Positions 24,368 through 34,233 of a stretch of DNA of 64,000 nucleotides are shown piece after piece. The stretch is taken from positions 868,001 through 932,000 of the forward strand of contig JBLDXI010000046.1 of NCBI GenBank assembly GCA_047495785.1, written 5' to 3'. The translations under genes were made by a program, and so were the position numbers. The notes beneath the pieces are model-generated. The model made no database searches, was not told the origin of the DNA, and was given only the letters and a program-made list of their open reading frames with translations. Source of the stretch: Lepidodermella squamata (lineage: Eukaryota > Animalia > Gastrotricha). Numbering within the stretch: the stretch's first letter is position 1; each line of letters begins with the position of its first letter.

Positions 24368-25357
24368 TAAGTGCTAGTTTCAATATGGAGGATAGGTTCA
24401 AGTCGTTTTGGCTATTGCAATCGCGAAATACAGTTATTAGAGGAATTAGAAGATTAATTTTATCTCTAAAGTTAGAAGTACAATAATTAGTTTCAGGACA
24501 GTGAAGGATAAGATGGAGCAGAAGACTGAGAGGTTCAAGGGATTGCACGTTACAATAGATGCATTTTAGTTCGCCCATGACGTATTGATAAGGTTTAAAT
24601 AGGGAATTTGTTCGAATTTTGGCTAGGGTTTGGGAGTCTTTAATGTCAAAAATCTCAAAATATTCGGACCACCGAGAAAAAAGCTCATCGCAGTATAGGT
24701 TCTGGTTGCAATAAAAAGCGGTTAGGTTTCCCAAGATTTTGTTTTTGTCTTTTGAGATAAGAAAATTCTTGTATTCATCAATGATTTGTGCGACCTCGTT
24801 TTCAGAGGCTTCAAACATGCGTTCAAAATTGTCCTTGGCGATTTCAACTTAGAGATTTTTATACACGTGACGGCAAAGTCTGTCATTATTCTCGAGTACT
24901 TTGAAGCTATCTTGCAATAAAGCGTTATTAGTTCGAAATTTAATAGAAAAATAATATTTAAGGGCTGTTATCAATAGAGTTATAAGTGGTGGCTCTATAT
25001 AGTATTCTCGGCGATTGTCCCGGTGGAGTACTGGGTTTTATCGATATTGGAGCTGAGTGCTGCTCAATTTTCACGAAACTTTGGCGATTGCTACTCGATT
25101 TTGTCGAAATTGGAGCTGAATGCTGTTCGGTATTCACGACATTGTGGTCGATTGCTGCTCGATTTGTCAACATTTAAGCTGAATGCTGCTCGGTTCTCGG
25201 GCTGAACCAACTTTGTGAAGGGCTCAATTGATTTTGAATAATAAAGCTATCTTGGTTTCCTCGGGTTTCGTGGGTTCATGAGTTTCATGGGTCTGAACTC
25301 TGAACAATAGATAACTGTCCAATATGTGCTCCTCCTTAAAAAATGTCCAATATGTAA
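24368..25357. repeat. 990-bp direct repeat, right copy
   Basis: Matches 17962-18951; the zinc-finger ORF here is cut at the LINE 3' junction (ends LALSMC instead of LALKWRN...). Confidence 0.95.
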
Positions 25358-25469
25358 AATTATGTAAACATATAATTACACATAGCCCTAACATATACTT
25401 GGCCTAGGGGTATATGCGCTTTAAAAGTTAGTTTTTTAGTTCAGCTTTAAAATTGAGGGAAAAGCTAGC

Positions 25470-25547
25470 TCCTTGGCAGGGAGTCGAACCCTGGTCTCTG
25501 GTCTCCTGTGAGCAGTTTCTGGGGTTCGAGTCTCCCGATGGGCGCCA
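25470..25547. pseudogene. Two fused tRNA 3'-half remnants in opposite orientations
   Basis: Minus-strand B-box (plus-strand text GGGAGTCGAACCC) followed by plus-strand GGTTCGAGTCTCCCGATGGGCGCCA. Confidence 0.45.
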
Positions 25548-27641
25548 GCTTTTCAAAAACTTACTGTCAGTTTCACGTTATTGTTGAGAATGCCTTAAAT
25601 CTTGAGAATGTTAAACATTGACTCAAATACATGGGGGATTAGCTCAAATGGTAGAGCGGTCGCTTAACAAGAGCGGTCGTTTTGCTGGCTCTGGAGATCT
25701 TTGCAGCCAATGTGAACGGATGGACAAAGTGGAATCAAGGTGTTTCTGTGGTAAAGCAGTCTATGCGGCTTGTACTTGTAAAAAATGTAAAGTAAGTAAT
25801 GTTTCTGCTCTTTTGTGCTTCGACCATTTCATCAAGAAATCTCACCCTAAGTGTTTTAAAAATTCTGGAACCATTTCTCTCTTCAAAGCCAAGAAGATTT
25901 CGTATGGCAGTAAACTCCCTCTGTGTGGCTTTTGTGGTTCATTAGGGTTATGTCAATGCTCAGGCATGTTCAATCCGATAATTGACGAATTCTCAATCTC
26001 ATCTTTCTCGAATCGTTATACGGATGATTATGCTGTAAAACTTCCTCATGCCCCTAATTTCCATGTTTTCAATGCCCTTCATTCAACCGAAAATTGATTA
26101 CTTACTAAGACCTGACAACGTTTATCGTTCACCTGGTGCCTTTAATTTCTCATGTTCTGGGTCTGTGCCACCACCTTTCCCGGTTTTTCTCGATTATTTG
26201 TCAAGCCTCGGTCTACCAGTGAGTAATCTTCAAACGCCAAGTGTTTACGATATTTTTTGCAGTTCCGAGAAAGTGATTACAGACTTCACCCACTAGGTTC
26301 TTGGCGTCCCTGATGAGGTGAGGTCTTCTACTCTATCCGTTATCAGAGCTATTTACCTCAATGCTAATCGCATTTCTAATAAGATTGATGAGCTTATGGC
26401 CAGAATAGACCAGCTAAATCTAAATACTGAAGATATTATAAAATTGATTGCGGTATCGGAAACCTGGTTGAAAACCGATGAAGTATTGCATGCTCTCTCG
26501 AATGCAGGTTTTATTACTCACCGATGTGATAGATCTGTGTCTGGCAATGACAGCAAGGGTTCAGGAGGGGTAATGTTATCTTTTGAATAAGCAATTTCCT
26601 CTTCTCGTTCATAATGGTGTGGATATAACTGACGATTTTTTAAAAGCGGAGATTTTTCGTCGACAGTTTGATGAGAATTTTAGAGTGTCTAATGTTAAAT
26701 ATTAAAAAAGTTATAAAAAAGTTGAGGAATCGTTACAGGATATCGACTTCAATATCCTTGAGGGCTTATCTGTCTGAGAGGACATACCAGGTTCGTGTGA
26801 ATAATAAAATTTCGCTATCCTCTAACATTCCTTCAGGAGTTCCGCAAGGGTCTGTACTCGGGCCAATTCTCTTTGTCGCGTACTTGTTATATGTTAATGA
26901 TTGTATCAATTATTCTGCTATTAAATTATTCGCTGACGACACCAAGCTTTATAAAGTGATAAATGATATTAATGATTGTTACTTGCTACAACATGACATT
27001 GATAGTATTTGCAATTGGTTTAAATCGAATGGGCTCGTGATTAATGCTAAGAAATGCGGTGTGCTTCATTTGGGCTCAAATAATTTGTCCTTCAAATATC
27101 AAATTGATGGCGTGGAATTGGGCAGTTTCTCCAATGTTCGTGATTTAGGCGTTCAAGTTGACAATAAGCTGTCTTTTGATGTGCATTGTGCTAATTTAAA
27201 AAACAAGTGCAATAGGTTAATTGGCTGCATCTTTAGGTCGTTTAAATCTGAATCACTTCGGTTGAAAGCGTATAAATCGTATGTGCTTCCTCTCTTAGAT
27301 TATGCGTCATCTGTTTATTCTCCCTTCCTTCTTGTTGCGATTGATGAATTAGAATATATTCAAAAAAGATTTTTAATGAAACTGATTCATAGTAAGTTCG
27401 TAACCGTAAATTCGTACAGTGGTATATTCGTAACAAATCATTTTCATACAGAGTAAATTCGTACCAATACATTTTCGGATTTAAAGTAGTGAACTTTTCG
27501 TAACAAGAAAAAATATCATGATTTTGATTTGAAAGTGGTGATCTTTTCGTAACCAGGCGGAAATAGTAACACAGAAAGATATGGTCTTTTCGATGCGGAC
27601 GCGTGATATGATGTAACCTTCTAGCATTTGAATACCATTAA

Positions 27642-28201
27642 CCCGTATTAGCCGAAACACACGCCCGTGTGTAGCAATTTTAAAAAATTGCAGAAAAATA
27701 ACAGTGATAGTTGTAGTTAAAAGGAGCATATATTCCGATTCCTCATGGTCTTAACTAAGTTATAGTGATTTTTTCGATTTTTTCATGTTTCTGCGATAAC
27801 GTTTATGCGCAGAATTAATGTTCATGTTCAATGTTTATGCGATAACGTTACGCATATATGTGAAGCCTGATGGTCATCCAACATGTCCCACATAAAAAAC
27901 AAGCGTACAAAATGAGAGGTCAAAAAGTTAAGTTTGGTTTTTTTGGAAAAATTTCATGAAAATTGGAAGAGAGCAAGAATCCTCCACATTGGCGAGATTT
28001 TACATTTTTTGTAAAAAAATTGCATTTTTTCGGGCAGCGCATTGCGCCTGGACACACACCGGTGTGTGGTTACGTAACTCCGTAACGGTGCATGATAAAA
28101 ATATACGGTTTTCAGATTTGAAATCAGCGTTAAAAGTTACTCTAGAATCTCACGTCAAAATAATTTTCACTAATCGGCATCTAGGGTCAGGTTTATACGG
28201 G
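27642..28201. mobile_element. piggyBac-type MITE nested in the previous element
   Basis: TTAA at 27638-27641 and 28202-28205; termini CCCGTAT / ATACGGG; internal ACACAC..GTGTGT palindromes near the left end and near 28052. Confidence 0.8.
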
Positions 28202-28299
28202 TTAAATCGCTAATAATCTAAGCCCTCATTCATCTGCTATTCCGGAAGATGCGTTGTCATATTTGTAACCATACTTGTAATAGTGCACCCGGGTGCTCC

Positions 28300-28620
28300 C
28301 TAACCGCCCGGTTGATTCTCGATATTTTTTATGTTATTCGATAGCCAAAGATCTAAATTAGATGGCTGGCCACAAGCGCCGTTCCAGAAAAAATCACCCA
28401 GCGAGAAAAACCCCGCAAATGTGGCCCTATTTCGCGAACTCGAGCCGTAGCACCCATAAATGGGTGATCTTTGGCGAACAGCCCGGTTGCTCTCGAACCG
28501 CGCGGTTGCTCTCAAACCGCCCGGTTGATCCTCGATTACTTTATGTCATTCGGTATCGGTAGCCAAGAATCTAAATTAGAAGGCCAGGTCACCAGCGCTG
28601 GTCCAGATAAATCACCCGCA
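28300..28620. repeat. Diverged tandem repeat, ~213-bp period
   Basis: CCGCCCGGTTGAT.CTCGAT...ATCTAAATTAGA..GGC occurs at ~28304 and ~28517. Confidence 0.6.
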
Positions 28621-29583
28621 CGAGCAATGACAACAACAGTTTTTCCAACATGTTCAGCCTCAACCCCACGTTGAAAACTGTTATTATTGCTCTAAAATGC
28701 TATTTTCAATCAATATTAAAAGCGTTACGAATCGATCACAACTTCGTCTTAATTTGTTATGAAAAGATCACCAAATTAATTTGGAAAATTTGATTTTGAT
28801 ACGAAAATGTGTTACGAAAAGATCACTAAATGTAGTACGAAAAGATCACGTTACGAATTTGCGGGTACGAACTTACCATTCACCATGAAACTAACTAATT
28901 ATAAATTCACTGATTATGATGAGTTACTGTGTAAATTTCAGTTGTTGTCTCTCGAAAAAAGAAGATTTCTGCATGACATGAATGTTACTTATAAGCTTTA
29001 TCACAATATGTTTGATTTCAAATTTACTGATATATTTACATTGTCGACAAACAAATACGCTCCATCGCATAGAATTCTTCAATCTACTTGCAAGCGTGAT
29101 TGTAGAAAATATTTTTTTGACAGACGTATCACTAATTGCTGGAATAGCTTGCCTGCTGATATTATTAATGGTAGCTTAAATGGTTTTAAAAAAGCTTTAA
29201 TGGATAAAGATATTAGCAAGTACTTGACCTCATCGGTGAGACGCCTCAATTAATTAATATTCAAATTTTGTTGTTTCTATCATTCTTTTTGTGTAAAATT
29301 TTGCTACTTTCGCGAATGCGATAATTGCAAGCCAATGATAAATAAACAAACGAGAGGCTACGGGATCGGCACCCGTATCCTACAAACTATTTTTGCCACG
29401 AATCTTTTGCTTCGGCAGCTTAAATTTGGGACTGAACGGCCATCTATGCCAAAAGGGAAGTAGCTTAGTGATAGCGTGTCTGCCCAGTTAGCAGAATATT
29501 GAAGGTTTGATCCCTCTAAGCCTTGCTCGTTTTTTTGCGATGAGCAGTGATTTTTGCAAACAACCTCATTTAAAGGCAAAACT

Positions 29584-29655
29584 TTCCCTGACCGGGAATC
29601 GAACCCGGGCCGCCGCGGTGAAAGCGCGGAATCCTAACCACTAGACCATCAGGGA
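29584..29655 (-). tRNA. tRNA-Glu(TTC)
   Basis: TCCCTGATGGTCTAGTGGTTAGGATTCCGCGCTTTCACCGCGGCGGCCCGGGTTCGATTCCCGGTCAGGGAA forms a canonical cloverleaf. Confidence 0.95.
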
Positions 29656-29731
29656 GATGTGGAATTAAATGCTTGGATTATGTGATCAATTTTCAATAGC
29701 TTGCTGAAATTCAAATGAAGAAAAAACGAGT

Positions 29732-29805
29732 GGGCCCGTTCGGGAATTGAACCCGAGACCTCTCGCACCCGAAGCGAGAATCATACCCCTAGACCAAAAC
29801 GGGCC
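29732..29805 (-). tRNA. tRNA-Pro(CGG), with 2 extra T after the acceptor stem
   Basis: GGCCCGTTTTGGTCTAGGGGTATGATTCTCGCTTCGGGTGCGAGAGGTCTCGGGTTCAATTCCCGAACGGGCCC. Confidence 0.85.
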
Positions 29806-29874
29806 TGCGATAGAAAACCTACGTGAGCTTCTAACATAGCAATTAGGATACGCCAAAGACAGCGCAAAAAGGTA

Positions 29875-29947
29875 CGCCGAGACCCGGGATCGAACCAGGG
29901 ACCTTTAGATCTTCAGTCTAACGCTCTCCCAACTGAGCTATCTCGGC
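29875..29947 (-). tRNA. tRNA-Phe(GAA)
   Basis: GCCGAGATAGCTCAGTTGGGAGAGCGTTAGACTGAAGATCTAAAGGTCCCTGGTTCGATCCCGGGTCTCGGCG, followed by a T-run. Confidence 0.95.
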
Positions 29948-30436
29948 TAGATGGCAGAAGGGTGTTCACTTTCCGCTACATTTCATATTTCAAAATCGCA
30001 GAAAAAATTTAATGGTGCGTATCGCGTGCCCTTTCAACCAACCAATCACAGACTTGAAGCCACCCGACCAATCAGATAATTGTGGATTCACTGGTTTCCA
30101 CAATTTGAATTAAAATTTATCTACTATCGTGTTCGTTCTCTCAAAGACTCTAAAACTGTCTGCAAAGCTGTCTGGAAACGGTATCCTAAAAAATTGAATG
30201 ATTCAAAAGTGTTACATTATGACTATCTATTAGTCTCAGTAACGGAATCGGGCTGGTCAAAAGCCCTCATGATGCACGCCTCCAACTCGCGAGGATCGAG
30301 ATAAACGAAGCTGCTTCACGTTTTGACAAGACTGATGACATATCGCCAGAAGTCAAAGCCAGAATAAAAACTCCTGAAACTTTCGATGTGGATGTGTTTA
30401 TGGAGATGAGTAGCATGACGATGACGAAACGGCCGT

Positions 30437-30532
30437 CCCGTGATAGCTCAGTTGGTTAGAGCGCGCCTCGCCTGTAGTTGCATGCGTACAGGCGTTGTGT
30501 TGCGGTCGGTGGTTCGAATCCATCTCACGGGA
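30437..30532 (+). tRNA. Atypical tRNA-Tyr(GTA)-like gene with a putative intron and an aberrant anticodon arm
   Basis: Perfect acceptor stem CCCGTGA/TCACGGG with A73, intact A and B boxes, CTGTAG anticodon context and a downstream T-run; the anticodon stem is 3 nt too long. Confidence 0.6.
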
Positions 30533-30756
30533 GAATATTCTATCCAATTTTTTTATCATACTCAATTTGGCATAAGGGCCAAGGGTCAGCAGAAAAAACC
30601 GAGATGAATACGCAAATTAGATCAAAATTACTTAGTACGTAGTACATTATGCCGCAATCGAAATAATAATTGCCTATAAAAATGTAATGCACGTGCCCCT
30701 CTTTTTTGGGAGCCCTACACAGGTATATATAATAATCTGCGGAAATAAATAAGAAT

Positions 30757-32341
30757 ATGTTGAGCTTGATCGTAGGTCTGGTAATAATTTAGCGAGAGGT
30801 GACTTCGATTTACAGCCAGACGATAACTGCCAGCAACTTTTTCGTATTGCCCTATGTTAACACAGGTTCCTCATAGCCACAAAACCATTTTATACCTGGT
30901 GTATTCCTTCGTTCTATTTAGATTCCGAGAACAAATGCGTCACTCCAGGTTTCGAAGCAAGCGGTCGCTCGGCGAAGCGAGTTTACAACGGGCCGATGAT
31001 TGGTTCAGATCTAGATTGGATTGTATCTATCTTTTGGAACCTTGGAAATGCTACAAAGTAATCCCAAACAATTTGATTCCAATCGATCTATTTTTGTGTT
31101 ATTCTAGTCCGAATTATCGCTCAGTCTGCACCGGATTTATGATATCTGAAGATCTTGTCATGACAGCTGCCCATTGTCTAAGAGATTGCAAATTGACCAA
31201 AACATCCAACGTTACTGAATGCAAGGAGCTTTGCGACAACAATGTACATGGACACCGAAGCTAAAAGCTCGACTGGGAATAAAGGCCATGGTTAAGAAAG
31301 AGAAAGAGTGAGCTTGTTAAAGAGTACTCGGTCGACCACTATTTCTACCTGTCAGACTACGACATGTTCGAAGTACAGCAGCCGGTGACGGCAAACTTGA
31401 CTTTGGATGAAATCAGGAAACGACTAAACTTCTGGAAAACTTTTTACGACATGGCCGTTTTACATATCAATCTGGAAATGGGCTCGAATGGGAGTCAAAA
31501 TTTCACCCGGGAGAATGCTATGTTTAAAAAACTATGCCTGCCAGAAGATGATGTTATCGATATTTCTGACGTTGACGATAAATCAAGCTGCTATACAATC
31601 GGTATAGGAATCTCAGCCATTGAATTGTTCGCCATTCAAAGTTCTGTTTCCTGTATAATATAGGTTGGGGCTATGATTCGCGGATGAAAGATCCTGAAAT
31701 TCCTCTAGTTGGAAAGTTGAGACTTCGAGCATGCGCTAATACATCTGAGTCTCCGATTCTCTGCACTACAGCTGGTAGGCTTAGGAACTCTTCAACAACA
31801 ACTTGTCCTGGTGATTCAGGCGCGCCAGTTTTCTGCAAAACAAGATCCATGTCCAGCCATCAGTTATGGGGAGTACACGGCTCTCTTATCGGCGTGGGTA
31901 ATGTCTCCATTTTCGATTTCATTGGGTGAACAAAATATCGCTTTTGCAGGAAACATTCGAACGTGCAGTGCGACCAACCTTAAAAAAGTCGGAATCCAAG
32001 TGAGCATCCCGGATCATATGTTCTGCATCGGCAAGCTGATAAGCAATTGGGATAAGCTGCTGGCGGCTCACACGTGCGCTGTGAAGGTTCAGCAGCTGAA
32101 ATCGTATTGCGATCACGCTAACTACCCAAAGCCTTATTTGTGTTGGAAACCTTTGGCTTATGCTTGCTTGTCACTAAACAAGGACAGGGGGCAGAAAGAA
32201 CCGTGGTTAATGCAACTAAGACAGGTTCTAGATATTACACCCAGGCCATTCGTCAAATTTAAGGATCCCGATTCCTGTCTCAAAGCATCGTCCGAGCTCA
32301 TATGCAACGGCTATAGAGCTAATCCATACATCAAGACTTGA
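30757..32341 (+). pseudogene. S1 (chymotrypsin-fold) serine protease with Cys-rich C-terminal extension, probable pseudogene
   Basis: KR|VYNG activation site, CTGFMISEDLVMTAAHC, DMAVL, CPGDSGAP; a TAG in the signal-peptide exon and frameshifts at ~31240-31320. Confidence 0.75.
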
Positions 32342-32533
32342 AAGGGGGATTATTTTCTCTGTCTTTGGTTCTTCGATCGTTTTGTCCCTATTTCGTTTAA
32401 ATCGTATCAAAATACTTGAAGTAAAAGTTATGCTTTATGCTGTCATTACGCCGTTTTAACGACGTCTAATTCGGGCAATTATGCACACCTGCTGAAGTAA
32501 TGGATCGCACACAGAAAATCATTGCATTTTTTA

Positions 32534-34107
32534 ATGAGGGCAATGCCATGGGTAGAACTGTTATTGCTGCTACGACTAGGCATATGTGCCCTTGTTGTCC
32601 AACTATGCTTGCCGCTTAAAATTAGCAATCAAATAGGTTTGCTGCCAGTCCAAAACGTATTTGGAGAAAGTTTTCGAATTTCCTTCCAGACCCTGTTTTT
32701 CAATGCAATCGACCATTATTCAGCCTTAATGAACTATCGGGACGAGTTTTTCAAGGAACAGAAGTAATGGATAATTTGGAGTGGCTGGCTTTGATATTGA
32801 CTACAACCGATAACGGCGTGGTAGGTGCTAGGGTCAATACATCTTTCGGGTAACCATTTGTATTACAACCAATCCTGAACCTATCCTGAGATCATGCTGA
32901 TTTTAGAGAAGGCTACTTCCAGCAATGTACCGGCTTTCTGGTAGCTCGTGACCTGGTAATGACAGCCGCCCATTGCGTAACTGATTGTGAAATGCAGCGT
33001 AACTTGTGGCACAAACCGCGTTGTAGAGAAATCCTACCGGAAAAAGTGGGAAACTGCTCGCTGAAGCCGACTATGGTAGTTCGTCTGGGTAACAATTCAA
33101 AAGTTGCCCCGGTTAAAGAAGCTATTGAATATCCCGTTGATCATTACTTCTACCTTACTGGCCACGATGCGACCTATGCAAGTAAGGAAATCTACAGAAA
33201 ATTGCTTCCGATAGAGGGAGATTCGTAATATGCAGGAAGCAGTCGCAATGGGGCTGATCTAGCCTTTCTTCACCTCAACCTCGAAAAGGGGACAAGGAAA
33301 AACTACACATACGAGAAACCAACCAGGAAACTATGCCTACCCACTGGGAACGAGCAGTTCGGAAACGATTGCCTATTTATAGGTAATAATTTCCTAAAAT
33401 CTGTGATATTCCGAAAATAGTATGTTCAAGGGTGGGGATTCTCCACTGATGAAACATTGCCTACGAAGCCAATCATTGGGAGGGCAACTCGGATGGATGT
33501 TTGCCCCGAAAAGGCTATTGAAAAGATTTCAAGGGACAATAATCGAGCGATTTGCACTGAAAATGCCGAATTGAACAACAAAACGACAGGTTTGTGCAAG
33601 GGCGATTCTGGTGGTCCCATTTTCTGTTACAACAGACTAACTGGCAATTACAACCTGGCCGGAATTTCATCCTACACCTTTAGGCCCAAAGGTAAGAAGA
33701 AGATTTGTCTCTGATATTTCTTCATTTTCTGTTTAGGTTTGACCCTCTGTGGATTGGACGAAGTTGTTGTGGCGGTAAACATCACGGCTCACTCATATTG
33801 CGTCAATTCATTCATGGCGAACTGGAATTCTCTGTTCAGCATGTACCAGTGCTTGAATAAGGAAATCCTACTCAGGAGGCTTTGCAACCGTAAACCTGGC
33901 TTCAAGCACTACAGCTTCTGCTCGAATCCCAAAGAGGCATGCGAACCGAAGAAAAATTGGTCCATGGACCTGCGTAAAGTCGAGAGACATTTAGATGCAG
34001 CGCCTCTTTACTACAAAGTGCCCTTGTTAGATAAATATCTCGGCGACAGGTGCTGGAAAACAGCTGCGCAATTCATATGCGTGCCTGGCAGTAATTCTCA
34101 TCAGTAA
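32534..34107 (+). CDS. Secreted S1 serine protease with Cys-rich C-terminal extension (multi-exon)
   Basis: Hydrophobic signal, spliced R|VFQG activation site, CTGFLVARDLVMTAAHC, DLAFL, CKGDSGGP; the apparent stop at 33228 lies in intron 33182-33235. Confidence 0.85.
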
Positions 34108-34233
34108 AACTACCATTATAATTGAATTGCCAAACTTTTATTAAAATTACTTGCATTAGATTTGAAAATGAACAAAAATATTGATGATTGATTACATAAA
34201 TATTGGTGCTTTTTGGCTATTATCGATTTTGTT

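Larger units (their letters stand above)
27384..28884. mobile_element. Non-autonomous DNA transposon with 8-bp TSD (MULE/Merlin-like) inside the CR1 ORF2
   Basis: TSD ATGAAACT at 27376-27383 and 28885-28892; imperfect TIR with core GTAAGTTCGTA.CCG.AAATTCGTA; excision restores QKRFLMKLTNY in frame. Confidence 0.85.
25671..29349 (+). mobile_element. Degenerate CR1/L2-group LINE (Cys-rich 5' ORF, APE N-terminus, RT C-terminus)
   Basis: YLNANRISNKIDEL, IAVSETWL, RCDR...GGVML; SGVPQGSVLGPILF, LFADDTKLY, RDLGV; LLSLEKRR, FFDRRITNCWNSLP; AATAAA at the 3' end. The region between APE and RT is deleted. Confidence 0.9.
25633..29384 (+). pseudogene. tRNA-Ala-like gene split by a retrotransposon (5' half 25633-25670; 3' half 29350-29384)
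   Basis: GGGGGATTAGCTCAAATGGTAGAGCGGTCGCTTAAC and CGAGAGGCTACGGGATCGGCACCCGTATCCTACA (then a T-run) match the two halves of the eukaryotic tRNA-Ala(AGC) consensus. Confidence 0.8.

Noticed and set aside
17962-25357. LTR retrotransposon (two ~1-kb direct repeats)
   Set aside because: The repeats lack TG...CA ends and a PBS/PPT, and the interior is APE-RT non-LTR type with no integrase or protease.
29455-29535. Additional tRNA gene
   Set aside because: Only degenerate A/B-box-like motifs and a T-run; no credible cloverleaf.
33182-33235. Premature stop in serine protease 2
   Set aside because: The stop lies inside a 54-nt GTAAG...CAG intron whose removal keeps the frame.
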